Origin: Malacoraja senta
Lineage: Eukaryota
NCBI GenBank assembly: GCA_038087875.1
Contig: JAXLNO010000385.1
Location: 868,001-932,000, forward strand
Direction of reading: 5' to 3'
DNA: 64,000 bases
Shown here: positions 40,601-51,799 of the stretch, in pieces
Numbering within the stretch: the stretch's first letter is position 1
How the letters are laid out: each line of letters starts with the position of its first letter
Position numbers and translations under genes: made by a program
The notes under the pieces: generated by a model
Told to the model about the DNA's origin: nothing
Seen by the model: only the letters and a program-made list of their open reading frames with translations
Databases searched by the model: none

Positions 40601-42468
40601 TGAATCAAGAGGTATTCAATGATATAGTCATCAGATTTGGAATGACCGACATCGACTTGAATCATCAGCTATCGAGATATGTCTCATGGAAACCAGATCC
40701 AGGAGCAGTGGCGATTGATGATTTCTCGCTACATTGGGGTGGTATGTTTTCATATATATTTCCACCTTTCTGCCTCATAAGCCAATGTTTGCTTAAAATC
40801 AGGCAAGATGCTGCTTCAAGGGTATTGGTAGTACCAGATTGGTCTACACAGCCATGGTATCCGTTGATATTAGAATTAACAACACAAATGTTGATGAAAG
40901 TCCCAAAAAAGAGTAATTTATTGCTGCTCCCTGTACAGGGGAACAACATCCATTATATGATCGTTTGGATTTGTTGATTTGCAGGTTTTAAGAATGCCTT
41001 TTCCGGGACGAGGACTGTCTGAGCATACTGTGGACATGCTTACGGCAGCCTGGAGGAAGAGCACTCAAAAACAGTACCTTTCTTATATTAAGAAATGGGA
41101 AAAGTTCTGGGTACAAAAGAATGTGCAATAAAGTACTGCAGATATTTCAAATGTTTAGAATTTCTGTCAAAACTTTATTATGATGAAGGTCTGAGTTATA
41201 GTGTAATTAATTCAGCCAGAAGTGCATTGTCCTCATATTTGGTTCTGGATTCAGAAAGAAACTCAATTGGGTCACACCCAATTGTTTCCAGACTAATGAA
41301 AGGAATCTTTAATTCCAAACCACCGAAACCTAGGTACGTGACAATCTGGGATGTAAGTGTGGTACTGAAACTACTTCGTGATGGTTATCAAGTGTGTCTT
41401 TACCTTTGGTCAAGCTCAGTATGAAAGTATTCATGTTTATGGCATGAGTGACAGCACAACGAGTGCAAACACTTGGAAAATTACAAATAGATAGTATGGA
41501 AGTAACTGAAGACAAAGTTACATTCTATATCTATGACCTAATAAAGCAAATTGGGCCAGGTGTGACAGGATTTAAAATTATGCTGGCTGCATATCCAAAT
41601 GATCCATGTCTTTGTATTAAGACATATTTATTACAATACATTGAGGTCACAAAGAATTTGAGAATACAGAAACTGGGTTTTTGATCACACACAAGAAACC
41701 ACACAAGAGAGTTTCAATACAGACTATTTCCAGATGGATAAAAGAAGTCTTAACAGCTGCTGGTATTAACACTTATGTTTTTACGTCTCACTCGGCTACG
41801 GCAGCAGAAATGTCGGCGGCCAGAGCAAAAGACGGCCCCGTCGACCATATCCTCGCAGCCGCCGGGTGGCCCAATGAGTTGATGTTTCAACATTTTTACC
41901 ATCGGCCTATTGTTAATGCGGGGTTGTTTGCAGAAACTATTTTAAGTTCTGTGTAAATTCCTCTGGTTTAAAGGGGATCTGATTCATTTCATTCTTGAAA
42001 TGAATTACTGCATTTGTGGTACAAATGTTATTATGAATGCTTGATTGATTATTCTCGTTCCGAGTCAATCTATGCAGTGAGAAGCCGGGATTGATCCACG
42101 GCATGAAATCACAAAGCTTTAAAATCTTCACGTAGTCACTCACGTGACTCCGAAGTAAAATAGTAAGATTAAACGAGAACTTACCTAAGTTTGAAGTTTG
42201 ATCTTTATTTTATGAGGAGTTACGTAGGTGATTACGTGCCCGCCACGACCCTACCCTCTATCATAAAGGTCAGATGGAAGTTCTTGTATTACTCGTTTTA
42301 GTATGAGACTATATTACTTCGGTTCTTGTTTTTTGTGATTTCACACCGCTGCTTTGAAGATTGACGCGCAGGCGCACTGACGGGCTTCTTCACGTAATCA
42401 CCTACGGAACTCCTCATAAAATAAAGATCAAACTTCAAACTTAGGTAAGTTCTCGTTTAATCTTACTA
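37678..42468 (+). mobile_element. DIRS retrotransposon, family A copy 3
   Basis: Same termini, ICR (~42126-42238) and domain order as copies 1 and 2. Confidence 0.95.
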
Positions 42469-42608
42469 TTAAATTCTACATACCCAGCAATGTGTCTTTA
42501 CCTAAATTATGCTTTGAAGCTAAGTTCAGAACGGCATAATTACAAAACAATAATAAATAATCTACCCACAATACAGAGAGCAAAAGAGACAAAAGAAAGT
42601 ATACATAC

Positions 42609-42800
42609 GAAGCAAATGTTGGTACAGGCACTCCAAGACAGTTGTGATCTTCTGGTAAACCTTTGCTGGTAACTCGTGTTCACATTTGCTTTTAACTGTG
42701 CTGAATCTTGAAACGGCATCATTAGCCCCAAATTCAATCTCAACATCAAGGGAAGGCTCAACAAATAGTGGTTTCAAAATATATTTGAACAAGATATGAC
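42609..42800 (-). pseudogene. ZW10: ZW10 exon 7 (192 bp)
   Basis: gcag|..HILFKYILKPLFVEPSL...VYQKITTVLECLYQHLL|gtatgt. Confidence 0.9.
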
Positions 42801-43944
42801 CTGCAGAGTTAGGACATGGCCATTAAGCAGTAAAGATGACCGAGAGCAAAACATGTAAAGACAATCATTTTGTTTCAAAATGTCAATTGTGTATGATCTA
42901 TTCCTCGCAAACTTGCACTCAGGCGAAGACACAAATAATTGATAAATATGTCAACCTCTTCTCCTAGAAACAGCTCCTGTGACATAATCAGTATAAAAAC
43001 AATGCCTGTAAATTGATTCCCTGAACTTTTTTTTTAAACCAGCACATTAAACCAAGTTTTAAAATAAAAGGTGAAAAGTTCAGAAATCATTAAGCAAGGT
43101 TATCAGCCACGTATGCAGACTGCATTAAAAGTAATATAACTTAATTGGAGCATGCTGCATTGACAAAGAATATCTTGAAGGCAGAGCAATGAAATACAGA
43201 ATTAGTGCAAACAGATTAGTGACCAAAGCCTCAGAACAGAGAGAAGCTTTTAGGTCAGATATTGAGAAATGTATTTTGCGACAATGATTATGAATCTTTA
43301 CAAGTTTCTACCCCAGGGTGCCATGCATGTCAGCAATAGAACAATAGGTTCTAAGAAACACTGAGAATTGCAATGCTCTCAAATTAAGCTCTGTGGCCAG
43401 CCTCTGTTATTTGTTGTGATCTTAAGAGTAATTATGGTCCTTCTTAAAGATTTGCTGAATTAAAAGCTTTAGAATATTGCACAATTAAGTATTTAAGGGT
43501 TAGACATGCCAATAGCAAAAGACTCCTCAGAAGATTAAAATTGCAGGTCTGAGAACAAAAAAAAATGTTTAAATATTTAGAAACGAACTGCAGATGCTAG
43601 TTGAAATCAAAGGTGGACACAAAATGCTGGAGTAACTCAACAGGACAGGCAGGATCTCTGGAGAGAAGGAACTGGTGATGTTTTGGGTCGAGATTCAATA
43701 TTTAAAATTTGGAGAAAATACATTTTAAACTCTAAGTGAAATCTAAGTTTCTAATTTTCATTTTATTCTTTTCATTGTGCAAAATGCAAAAATCATAAAA
43801 CCATGTTCTACCACTGCAGTACCTTTAAAGATATTTATCGAGTTGACAAAATAAAATGCTATAGTGACTTGCTGTAGAAACTTGATCATGCTGACCAAGT
43901 CCTGGCAACAGAAAATCTGTAATAATTCAGTGTAAATTGCTTAC

Positions 43945-44092
43945 TAAAGAATTTCAGTTTTCTGTTCAGTTCACCAAGAATAGCAAAGCCTTGAAGTATT
44001 GATATAAGCAGTCTCAAGATCACACTTCCTGCTTGATGTCATGTTGCACAAGCGTAGCTCAGTTTTCAAAGTCCATCCGAACAAATCCTCAG
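43945..44092 (-). pseudogene. ZW10: ZW10 exon 6 (148 bp, frameshifted)
   Basis: LKTELRL in one frame and ISILQGFAILGELNRKLKFF in another; phase1-phase1 exon whose length is not a multiple of 3. Confidence 0.85.
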
Positions 44093-45222
44093 CTGCAGGA
44101 AAACAAGCGATTAGTTCCTACTCCCGTGTTACCTGTTCTCTCGGATTGAATTGGTGTACAAGCTCCCTCTAATGGATTCACTGAGTATAATACATTGCCA
44201 CATTCTGTTTTCACAGATTCATAAATGGTACTAGACCAAGTGCAGACCCGTTGGATCTGTTCCTCGAACGTGCTTCACACCCCGGGGTCTGGTTCCCGAA
44301 CGTGCTTCCGCGTCTTGACGGCGTGGGCAGCGTCTGGACGGCCGTACGCAGCGTCTCGAATTCGTACGCAGCGTCTTGACAGCGTACGCAGCGTCTTGAC
44401 GGCTACGTAAGGCCGTTGAGACGCTGCGTACGCCCTCAATGGGGCTGCGGGCCGACAGGCCGACAGGCCGTTGACGCGCCGGCTCTGTCACGCTGGCTGA
44501 AGGCGTCCTTGGACAGAGGATGGCAAAAAGCAGAGGGGGAAGAGCCGATGTTGGCTTGAGACAGCGTGAGAGAGCCGGCCGGGGGGGGGGGGTAGTGGAG
44601 GAGAGGCGGGCGGCAGCAGCGACAATCGCCAGGGAAAGAATAAAAATGTCGGCGATTTTGGAGCAGAGCCGGGCGGCAGCATCCGTTATGGTGGCTGGCC
44701 AGCAGAAGGCGACAAAATAGTAAGATTAAACGAGAACTTACCGGTTTGAAGTTTGATCTGTATTTTATGAGGAGTTACGATGAGGGATTACGTGAAGAAC
44801 CCGCTCAGTGCGCAGGCGCGGCATACTTCCAAGCAGCGGTGTGGAATCACAGATAGACACAGGTATTTGAAGTAAACATAGTAAAGAAAAGGAGACATCA
44901 ATTTATTAGTTTGATCCATATAATGAGGGTGGGAGCGGAGGGCACGTAATCCCTCATCGTAACTCCTCATAAAATACAGATCAAACTTCAAACTGGTAAG
45001 TTCTCGTTCAATCTTACTATTTTACTTCGGAGTCACGTGAGTGACTTCGTGAAGATTTCAAAGCTCTGTGATTTCAAACCGTGTAACAGTTTTATTTCAC
45101 TCACTGCCGAAGTTCTTGATGGAGGAAGTGTTATCGTAATCAACCAATGAATCCGTTTCTCAAGAAACAAAAAAGGTATTTATTAACAATAACAAAATTA
45201 AATAGCTCCCCCGGGCTTTAAA

Positions 45223-46506
45223 TTATATATTTGCAGCTTCTAATATTTTCTCTGCAAATAAATCTGGTTTCATCAACGGCTTATTATAAAAAGTTCTGAA
45301 TGTCGTTTCCCTCGACCATCCTGCTGTATTCAGAATATGGTCAACCGGTACGTCCATTCTTTCCGCCGTTGATGTAGATGCTGCCCTAGTGGAATGAGAT
45401 TTAAATGTATTACATACATAGATACATAGAAAATAGGTGCAGGAGTAGGCCATTCGGCCCTTCGAGCCTGCACCGCCATTCAATATGAGCATGGCTGATC
45501 ATCCAACTCAGTATCCCGTACCTGCCTTCTCTCCATACCCCCTGATCCCTTTAGCCACAAGGGCCACATCTAACTCCCTCTAAAATATAGCCAATGAACT
45601 GGCGTCAACTACCCTCTGTGGCAGAGAGTTCCAGAGATTCACCACTCTCTGTGTGAAAAAGTTTTTCCTCATCTCGGTCTTAAAGGATTTCCCCCTTATC
45701 CTTAAGCTGTGACGCCTTGTCCGGCAGCCTTCAGCACCTGTTTGAGGCATCTTGCAATGGTTTGGCTCGTTACCCGGCCATGAGGTTTCTTGTGGCTGAC
45801 CCATAAGGCTTTTTCACTCCCTCTGATATTGTGGGTTGTGTCTATATAATGTTGTAGATGGGTCACGACACACAACCGTGGCTCTTGTGGGTAGACCCGG
45901 AATACCACCAGTGGATTCGCTGTTCCTGGCCTGCTTTGCTTCATCAGACCCTGTATGATGAATGTGATCTGATCTGGGGTGGTCACCATGTTGTCCAGCC
46001 TTAACTTGTGTAGTGACTGAACCCTCTGAGCGGATACGAGTGCCATCAACATGAGCGTCTTTAATGTAGATTGCTCGAGGCTGAGGGATCTGGCTGGTGG
46101 CCATTCCCTGAGGTATGTCAGGACCACACTGATATCCCAAATATGGGTATACCTGGGTTTAGGGGGCTTGATATTATAAATACCCTTCATCAGTTTTACC
46201 ACCAGTGGATGTGATCCCATTGCCTGTTGTCCTGCTTTTTTTGAGATACGCAGAAAGAGCACTCCGCGCTGTGTTGATGGCACTGTAACTAATCCCTTCA
46301 TCATGGTGTAGATGGGCCAGCAACTCCAGTACGTTGGTGGCTGTGGCTGTTGCATACGTTGTTCCTGTTTCCTGGCAGTACTTCTCCCATTTTCTTATGC
46401 TGCTTAAGTACTGCGTCTTGGTGGATGTTCGAAGGGATGCCGACATGGTGGTGATGGTACGTTCGGACAATCCCAGTTCCAGATAAGGTCTATTCAAAAC
46501 CTGCAA
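45223..46506 (-). pseudogene. DIRS-B tyrosine recombinase, frameshifted and interrupted
   Basis: SAINTARSALS, LVSAQRVQSL, HSTRAAS, AGWS..TF..FY; 1-bp shift at the A7 run ~46236-46242; CR1 insert ~45413-45720. Confidence 0.88.
45413..45720 (-). mobile_element. CR1 3' fragment inserted in the DIRS-B YR gene
   Basis: HSLRIRGKSFKTEMRKNFFTQRVVNLWNSLP; CR1 3' UTR and TATG tail. Confidence 0.85.
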
Positions 46507-48518
46507 CCCAGGACTTTAATTTTCTCATGACATGGGTGGCTTATGCCTGTTACTGGGTGAGTTAATAATCCTGGATCACTGGGAAAGACCATTGGTGACT
46601 CAACCACCATGTCATGTAGAACCGGGAACCATGGCTGTGTAGGCCAGTCGGGCACCATCAAAATTCCAGAAGCAGAGTCCATCTGTATTTTGCGAAGTAC
46701 CCGACTGATGAGGCAGAAGGGAGGGAAAGCATAGAAGAAGAACTTTCCCCAATCCAGCGTGAAGGCATCTAGCGCTGCTGCCTCTGGGTCTGGTTCCCAA
46801 GCGACATACATAGGTAACTGGTGATTTAGTCGTGATGCAAATAAATCAATATCTGGCGTTCCATACTGCTTAATAACTTTAGCAAATACTTTAGGGTTTA
46901 ACATCCATTCTATGTTATCATTGAATTTGCGTGACCTGGTGTCTGCCACTTTGTTTAGCTTACCTGGTAGATAAGTAGCTGATAGCCAAGTATGTGTTTC
47001 GACACACCATTGCCAAATCACATTGACCAATTTGTCGCATGATAGTGATTTTATGCCGCCCATATGGTTAATATAAGCCACCACCGTAGTATTATCTATT
47101 TGTAACCGAACATGCAAGTGCTGCATAGTAGATACATATGCTTTTAAACCATAAAAGGCTCCCAACATCTCTAGATAGTTAATGCCCAGTGTCAGTAGTA
47201 ACGATGACTCTAGGTTAGTCCATCTACCACCTGTGCTGGATATGGAGTTAGTTGCTCCCCAGCCTTGAGCTCTGGCATCTGTTTGAAGAACTAAAGTAGG
47301 GTTAGTGATAATGATAGAGCTGACACTATGCCAAACATTTTCTGCCCACCACTGTAGCTCTGATATTGCTTCAGTGGGTAATTTCATGACACGATCATAG
47401 TGACCTGTATGTCGTTTTAGTGCCTGTACCTTTGCTCTTTGTAAATTTTGATAGTGCAAAGGTCCGAATTGTGTAGCCGGAAATGCTGCTACCATTTTCC
47501 CAATCACTCTTGCTACTTGTCGAATAGTTGGTCGTTTGTTGACCATTAAATTGTTGCATGATTGTGCTAATGCAACCATTTTTTCCTTTGGCAAGGTAAC
47601 AGTCATATGGACTGAGTTAATTGTGAAGCCCAGGTAGTCCATGATAGTGGATGGCTTCAACTTAGATTTATCTGGATGTATGATGAACCCCAGAGTTTCA
47701 AGGAGCTGTTTTGTAGCTGATACTGCTGCCACAGCCAATTCCTTCGTTTTCCCTACTATCAGAATATCATCCAAATATGCCATGACAATATGTTTTTGTT
47801 TTCTTAGTTTTGCCATGGCTATTTTCAATATTTTGGTAAATAATCTTGGGGCCGAAGTTAGCCCATTGGGCAATGCTTTGTACTGCCACAGCTGCCCCAA
47901 CCAGATAAATTTTAGGTATCTGCAATGATCTTTGTGTATGGGGACTGAATAGTACGCATCTTTAAGATCAATGCTTGCCATGAAATATCCTTTGGAAATC
48001 AGTAGTTTGGCAGTAACAAATGTTTCCATTTTGAAATGTATATACTGAACAAACTTATTTAGTGATCTTAAGTCGATGAGGATGCGACATCCCCCATCTT
48101 TTTTGGTTTTAGTGAATATATTTGATACAAATTCCAAAGGTTCATGTTTGGTCTTTTCGATGACCCCCTTTGTGATAAGTCTCACCAGTTCAGCTTGTCC
48201 CTCACGTTTCTCTTTGACGGAGGGAGAAAATACCCTTTGGGGCCAATGCTGAACTGGCGGCGATTGTTCTGACATGAACTGAATTTTATATCCACTAATG
48301 CTGTTGAGTATATACTTGTCACTCGTGATAGTAACCCATGCTTCTTTAAACAAGTGTAATCTCCCCCCTGTTAGTAAAGCACCCTTATTCTCTATATGCT
48401 GGCAGGAACCAGACCCACCTACCTCCATGGTTATTGGTGTTTCTTTTGTTTCCTGAGGTTTTTGTATGGTTTGTTTGTCTGACGTGCTGGCGATGTTGTG
48501 GGGTGGCGCATTTTCCAT
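46494..48518 (-). CDS. DIRS-B pol: RT, RNase H and DNA N6-adenine methyltransferase-like domain (674 aa, open)
   Basis: FKME, IDLKDAY, LPNGLTSAPRLF, YLDD, TDA, INYLE, DNTT, DIDLFASRLN, YAFPPF, PDWPTQPWF. Confidence 0.92.
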   Translation of the reverse strand: MENAPPHNIASTSDKQTIQKPQETKETPITMEVGGSGSCQHIENKGALLTGGRLHLFKEAWVTITSDKYILNSISGYKIQFMSEQSPPVQHWPQRVFSPSVKEKREGQAELVRLITKGVIEKTKHEPLEFVSNIFTKTKKDGGCRILIDLRSLNKFVQYIHFKMETFVTAKLLISKGYFMASIDLKDAYYSVPIHKDHCRYLKFIWLGQLWQYKALPNGLTSAPRLFTKILKIAMAKLRKQKHIVMAYLDDILIVGKTKELAVAAVSATKQLLETLGFIIHPDKSKLKPSTIMDYLGFTINSVHMTVTLPKEKMVALAQSCNNLMVNKRPTIRQVARVIGKMVAAFPATQFGPLHYQNLQRAKVQALKRHTGHYDRVMKLPTEAISELQWWAENVWHSVSSIIITNPTLVLQTDARAQGWGATNSISSTGGRWTNLESSLLLTLGINYLEMLGAFYGLKAYVSTMQHLHVRLQIDNTTVVAYINHMGGIKSLSCDKLVNVIWQWCVETHTWLSATYLPGKLNKVADTRSRKFNDNIEWMLNPKVFAKVIKQYGTPDIDLFASRLNHQLPMYVAWEPDPEAAALDAFTLDWGKFFFYAFPPFCLISRVLRKIQMDSASGILMVPDWPTQPWFPVLHDMVVESPMVFPSDPGLLTHPVTGISHPCHEKIKVLGCRF

Positions 48519-49732
48519 GGGGTCCGCTGTGGGCCCTGATCTAAAAAAGATCTTTGGGGATAAAATGCGGTCCCCGAGCTTTCACCAGTCCCATATTGAG
48601 GACGTCGACTGGTGGATGCCATGGGGTGCTGCCGCTTGGGTATTGCAGCTCTTGGTTTGCTCGTCCCGGGGCCTGCCCTCATGAGGCCGAAAGTTTTTGC
48701 TGCTTCCTCCATGTCCCTCAGTTTTTTATTGAGGTCTTTCCCAAATAACAGAGCATCCGTCTCTGCAGCTGGGGCTCTGCACAACCCAGCAAATTTGGGA
48801 TTGAGGGCAGGTCTTATGTTTTCCCGCCGGAGATTATTGATTTCAAATTGTGTGTTGCACATCAGTGCCAGCACATCCTGCTGGCACGTATCCATCTCCG
48901 TACTATCCACAGAACGAGCAAAGGCTGTTATGGCCGACGTCAGGAGCCTCAGGATCCGCTGTAGCTTGACTTTATGGTTACGCATGTTTGACCCCACGTG
49001 CCCCCAGATCTGGCTGTTCACAGTCTTCACTCTGAGGGCCTCACAGTTCTCTGGTGCTGTGTAAAGTTCAAGCGCCTCTAGCAGTACCTTCTCCTGCAAG
49101 GGCTTATTTGATAGATGATTTATGCTGGCCGCCATTTTTGGTTCCAGCGGTCTTCCAGCACGTGGGGTTGCTACATAGCGGTCCACGACACCCAGCAGCT
49201 CTTCCTGCTCCTGCACCCCTTGCATACCGCCGAATTCGTCCGCCAGCCCCTGTTCCAGACCAGCCCAACCCTGGTCACCAATGCTAGCCTCCAGTAATGA
49301 GGGAGCAGAGGGCAGTGCACAAGACACTGTGGAGGAGGTGCCTGACCTACCTCCGCGGGAACGCTCCTTCTGCGCATCCCGCTGGAGCATCTGCTCCAAG
49401 AGCTGTTGTAAGCTCTGGCGGCTGTCTCTCCTCCGTTTCGGTGGAGACATGTCCCCCTCCGACGAATCAGAAATGACCGGCCGGATACTTTTTCTCATGG
49501 CTTTCCTCCCTGTTCGCTGTGCAGGCATTAGCGGGACTGGGCTCGGCTCGGTCTCGGGGATAGCGGAGCGCTCTATGAGCGTTCCTGCCGCCTGTTGCTG
49601 TCCCCCTGCGATTGAACGCTCCTCTGGTGGAGATGAGCTGGGGGCAGTTCTCTTCGAGAGTCTTTTCTTTTGTGAACTCATTTCGTAAGTACACGTCTTT
49701 AACTCTCCTTCTCCGTTGGATAACTTCAGCAT
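48431..49732 (-). CDS. DIRS-B gag-like ORF1 (433 aa, open; probable start at MSSQ)
   Basis: Lies upstream of and overlaps pol; NNLRRENIRPALNPKFAGLC..LLFG motif shared with family A gag. Confidence 0.8.
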   Translation of the reverse strand: MLKLSNGEGELKTCTYEMSSQKKRLSKRTAPSSSPPEERSIAGGQQQAAGTLIERSAIPETEPSPVPLMPAQRTGRKAMRKSIRPVISDSSEGDMSPPKRRRDSRQSLQQLLEQMLQRDAQKERSRGGRSGTSSTVSCALPSAPSLLEASIGDQGWAGLEQGLADEFGGMQGVQEQEELLGVVDRYVATPRAGRPLEPKMAASINHLSNKPLQEKVLLEALELYTAPENCEALRVKTVNSQIWGHVGSNMRNHKVKLQRILRLLTSAITAFARSVDSTEMDTCQQDVLALMCNTQFEINNLRRENIRPALNPKFAGLCRAPAAETDALLFGKDLNKKLRDMEEAAKTFGLMRAGPGTSKPRAAIPKRQHPMASTSRRPQYGTGESSGTAFYPQRSFLDQGPQRTPWKMRHPTTSPARQTNKPYKNLRKQKKHQ

Positions 49733-50795
49733 ACTTACCCAACGGTCCGTCTTTTAAACTGCAGCCGGAGCGCCTTCCTCCAGCTGCCGCCGCTGTTGCA
49801 CTGCTGGCGTAATGCCGCGCCTGCGCACTGAGCGGGTTCTTCACGAAGTCACTCACGTGACTCCGAAGTAAAATTAGTGAGTGGGGGTGGGGGGTGGATT
49901 TTATTTTAAAATATGTACATAAAAATGTCTAAATCTAATAAGGAGCGTATTAGGGTATGTAAAATTGTAATGTCTAGCGAAATGGAAAAAGTCTCAGAGT
50001 TTTCGCGTGTGGTTTTGGCGGACCAAGGAATCAAAGGCCAAATCTGACACCCACAAACACACACACACACCCACACAGAGTTTTAAAAGTATATAGATAG
50101 ATAGATAGATTGTAACCATTGAGCTTTTATACAAAGGAGAGGAAAACAAGGTTTAAAAAAAGTTATTTAAATTCTGACAACTACAAAGTCAAGACATCAG
50201 GGTGAAAAGGGAGGTAAAATAAAACATTGATCCTTTGTCAAATTTTCATTCCATTTATTAATGGTGTACGTGGCAAGTATAATGCATCAGAAAACCACGC
50301 TGTTTTATTCCAGCAAGCTGTTAAATTCATGATATCGAGACATAACGCATGTTAGAAAATCTCTAAGGCCCGTGCACCTGGGAAACCTCAGCTATATCAT
50401 TCATCTTAAGTAGGATTGGGAATTTCCAACCAAAATGCATACATCGTTCATCAACTTCATGAAGTCATACATTCTATCATTTCTACAACGGCAGATGCAG
50501 GATTTAATAATTACGTGTAATTATTAAATGTATTACAAATGTAATTATTGATTCCGTGTAAACCTATCACACCTTATCACTGTGATGGTGTTGCTGCATT
50601 TCCTCATTTTAAGAATTAAAATACACAATGGAAAAACACAAAGTTGTATCATATCATCTTCAAATCAAAATAACCCTTTCTTTTAATACATAAAGTCTGA
50701 TGGAACTAGATATTGATTACTCCCAACTAATCTGCATATTCACACCTTAACGCTTGGCTTCAGTATTTCTCCAGAAGTAAAATGTGTTCATTCAC

Positions 50796-50967
50796 CTTTT
50801 GTTGGTGCTGGTGAAGGGGGAAGGTTCCATTCTGCCAGCTGTTTCCACTCTTCCCACAAATGATACAATAATTACTCCTTCTGCACAACGAGCTCTGCAC
50901 CAAGTGCTTGCAACATCTTCAGCTCAACACCTTTCCTTGATTTTAGTAGGGCAAGATTGTGCTGTGC
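50796..50967 (-). pseudogene. ZW10: ZW10 exon 5 (172 bp) with in-frame stop
   Basis: AQHNLALLKSRKGVELKMLQALGAELVVQKE*LLYHLWEEWKQLAEWNLPPS; TAA at 50872-50874. Confidence 0.92.
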
Positions 50968-51722
50968 CTTGGAAATAGAAGCGAAACGCAAGATACTGTA
51001 AGACACTTTGCAAACCGTAATTGAACTTAGCAACCAGGGAATTCTTCAAACTCCACATTTTAATTTTGCCACAAGTGTCAGTTAAATTTTTAGATGCAGA
51101 AACAAGCAGTATCTTCACAGAATGCAGCGCATTATCCCTCAAAACTATTAAGCTTTTGATCCAATACATTGTGGGATATTTCTGAGCACCAAACTTGAAA
51201 TGTGCCTTTGTTAACATTCATCACACAGCAAGGTAACCGTTGTGCAAAAAATGATCTCAACATGTTTGAGAAATGTAATGATCCCATTTGACAGCAATTT
51301 TCTCTTAGTCATCAACAACCCACCCACCCCATCTCCAATTTCCTCGATCCCTTTTAACCCATCATCAATCCCATTATCTGTATTTTTGTTCATCGCCAGA
51401 CTTAAATGAATTCACCATTAGTAGTCTGGCCTTCAGCTGCCTAGGGCCATAAACTCTGAAATAGCCTCCATAAGGTGCTTTGTTTTCCTTTAAAACACTT
51501 CTCCATATTTAACTTAATCAAGAGCGTTGGGGTAGTTTTCTTTCTTCAGTAATCAATGTTAGGACATTGGGTCTGTTATACAAATGTAAGTGGCTTATGT
51601 TGTTTTAACAGAATCAATTCATTTCCACAAGAATTTTCTTTGAATGTTTAATTGACTTTTACAATACCTGAGCATCAAGATTTATGGCTCCAAAGACAGA
51701 TGTGTTTGATAGGCATGCTAAC

Positions 51723-51799
51723 CTTATTGAGATGCTCTGCAGATTGGAGATAATGTTTCCCAACAACCCTTGCTCATGAGTTCCTAGGGCTGTATCAAA
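51723..51799 (-). pseudogene. ZW10: ZW10 exon 4 (77 bp, 1-bp deletion)
   Basis: ccag|FDTALGTHEQGLLG, then KHYLQSAEHLNK in a shifted frame|gttag; a phase0-phase0 exon needs 78 bp. Confidence 0.85.

Larger units (their letters stand above)
44718..49873 (-). mobile_element. DIRS retrotransposon, family B (near-intact)
   Basis: Termini nearly identical to family A; ICR ~44943-45055; open gag and pol; YR disrupted. Confidence 0.95.
44231..50109 (-). mobile_element. Non-autonomous Helitron (~0.7 kb net) hosting DIRS-B
   Basis: Minus strand begins A|TCTATCTATC and ends with hairpin CAGATCC-AAC-GGGTCTG, then CACTTGGT-CTAG|T; AT target, no TSD. Confidence 0.7.

Noticed and set aside
46236..46242. 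Programmed frameshift in DIRS-B YR
   Set aside because: Family A reads through the equivalent region in frame; a homopolymer indel or sequencing error is more likely
46494..48518. RT plus methyltransferase plus recombinase as a prokaryotic retron, phage or defence system
   Set aside because: Domain order and ITR/ICR structure match DIRS retrotransposons
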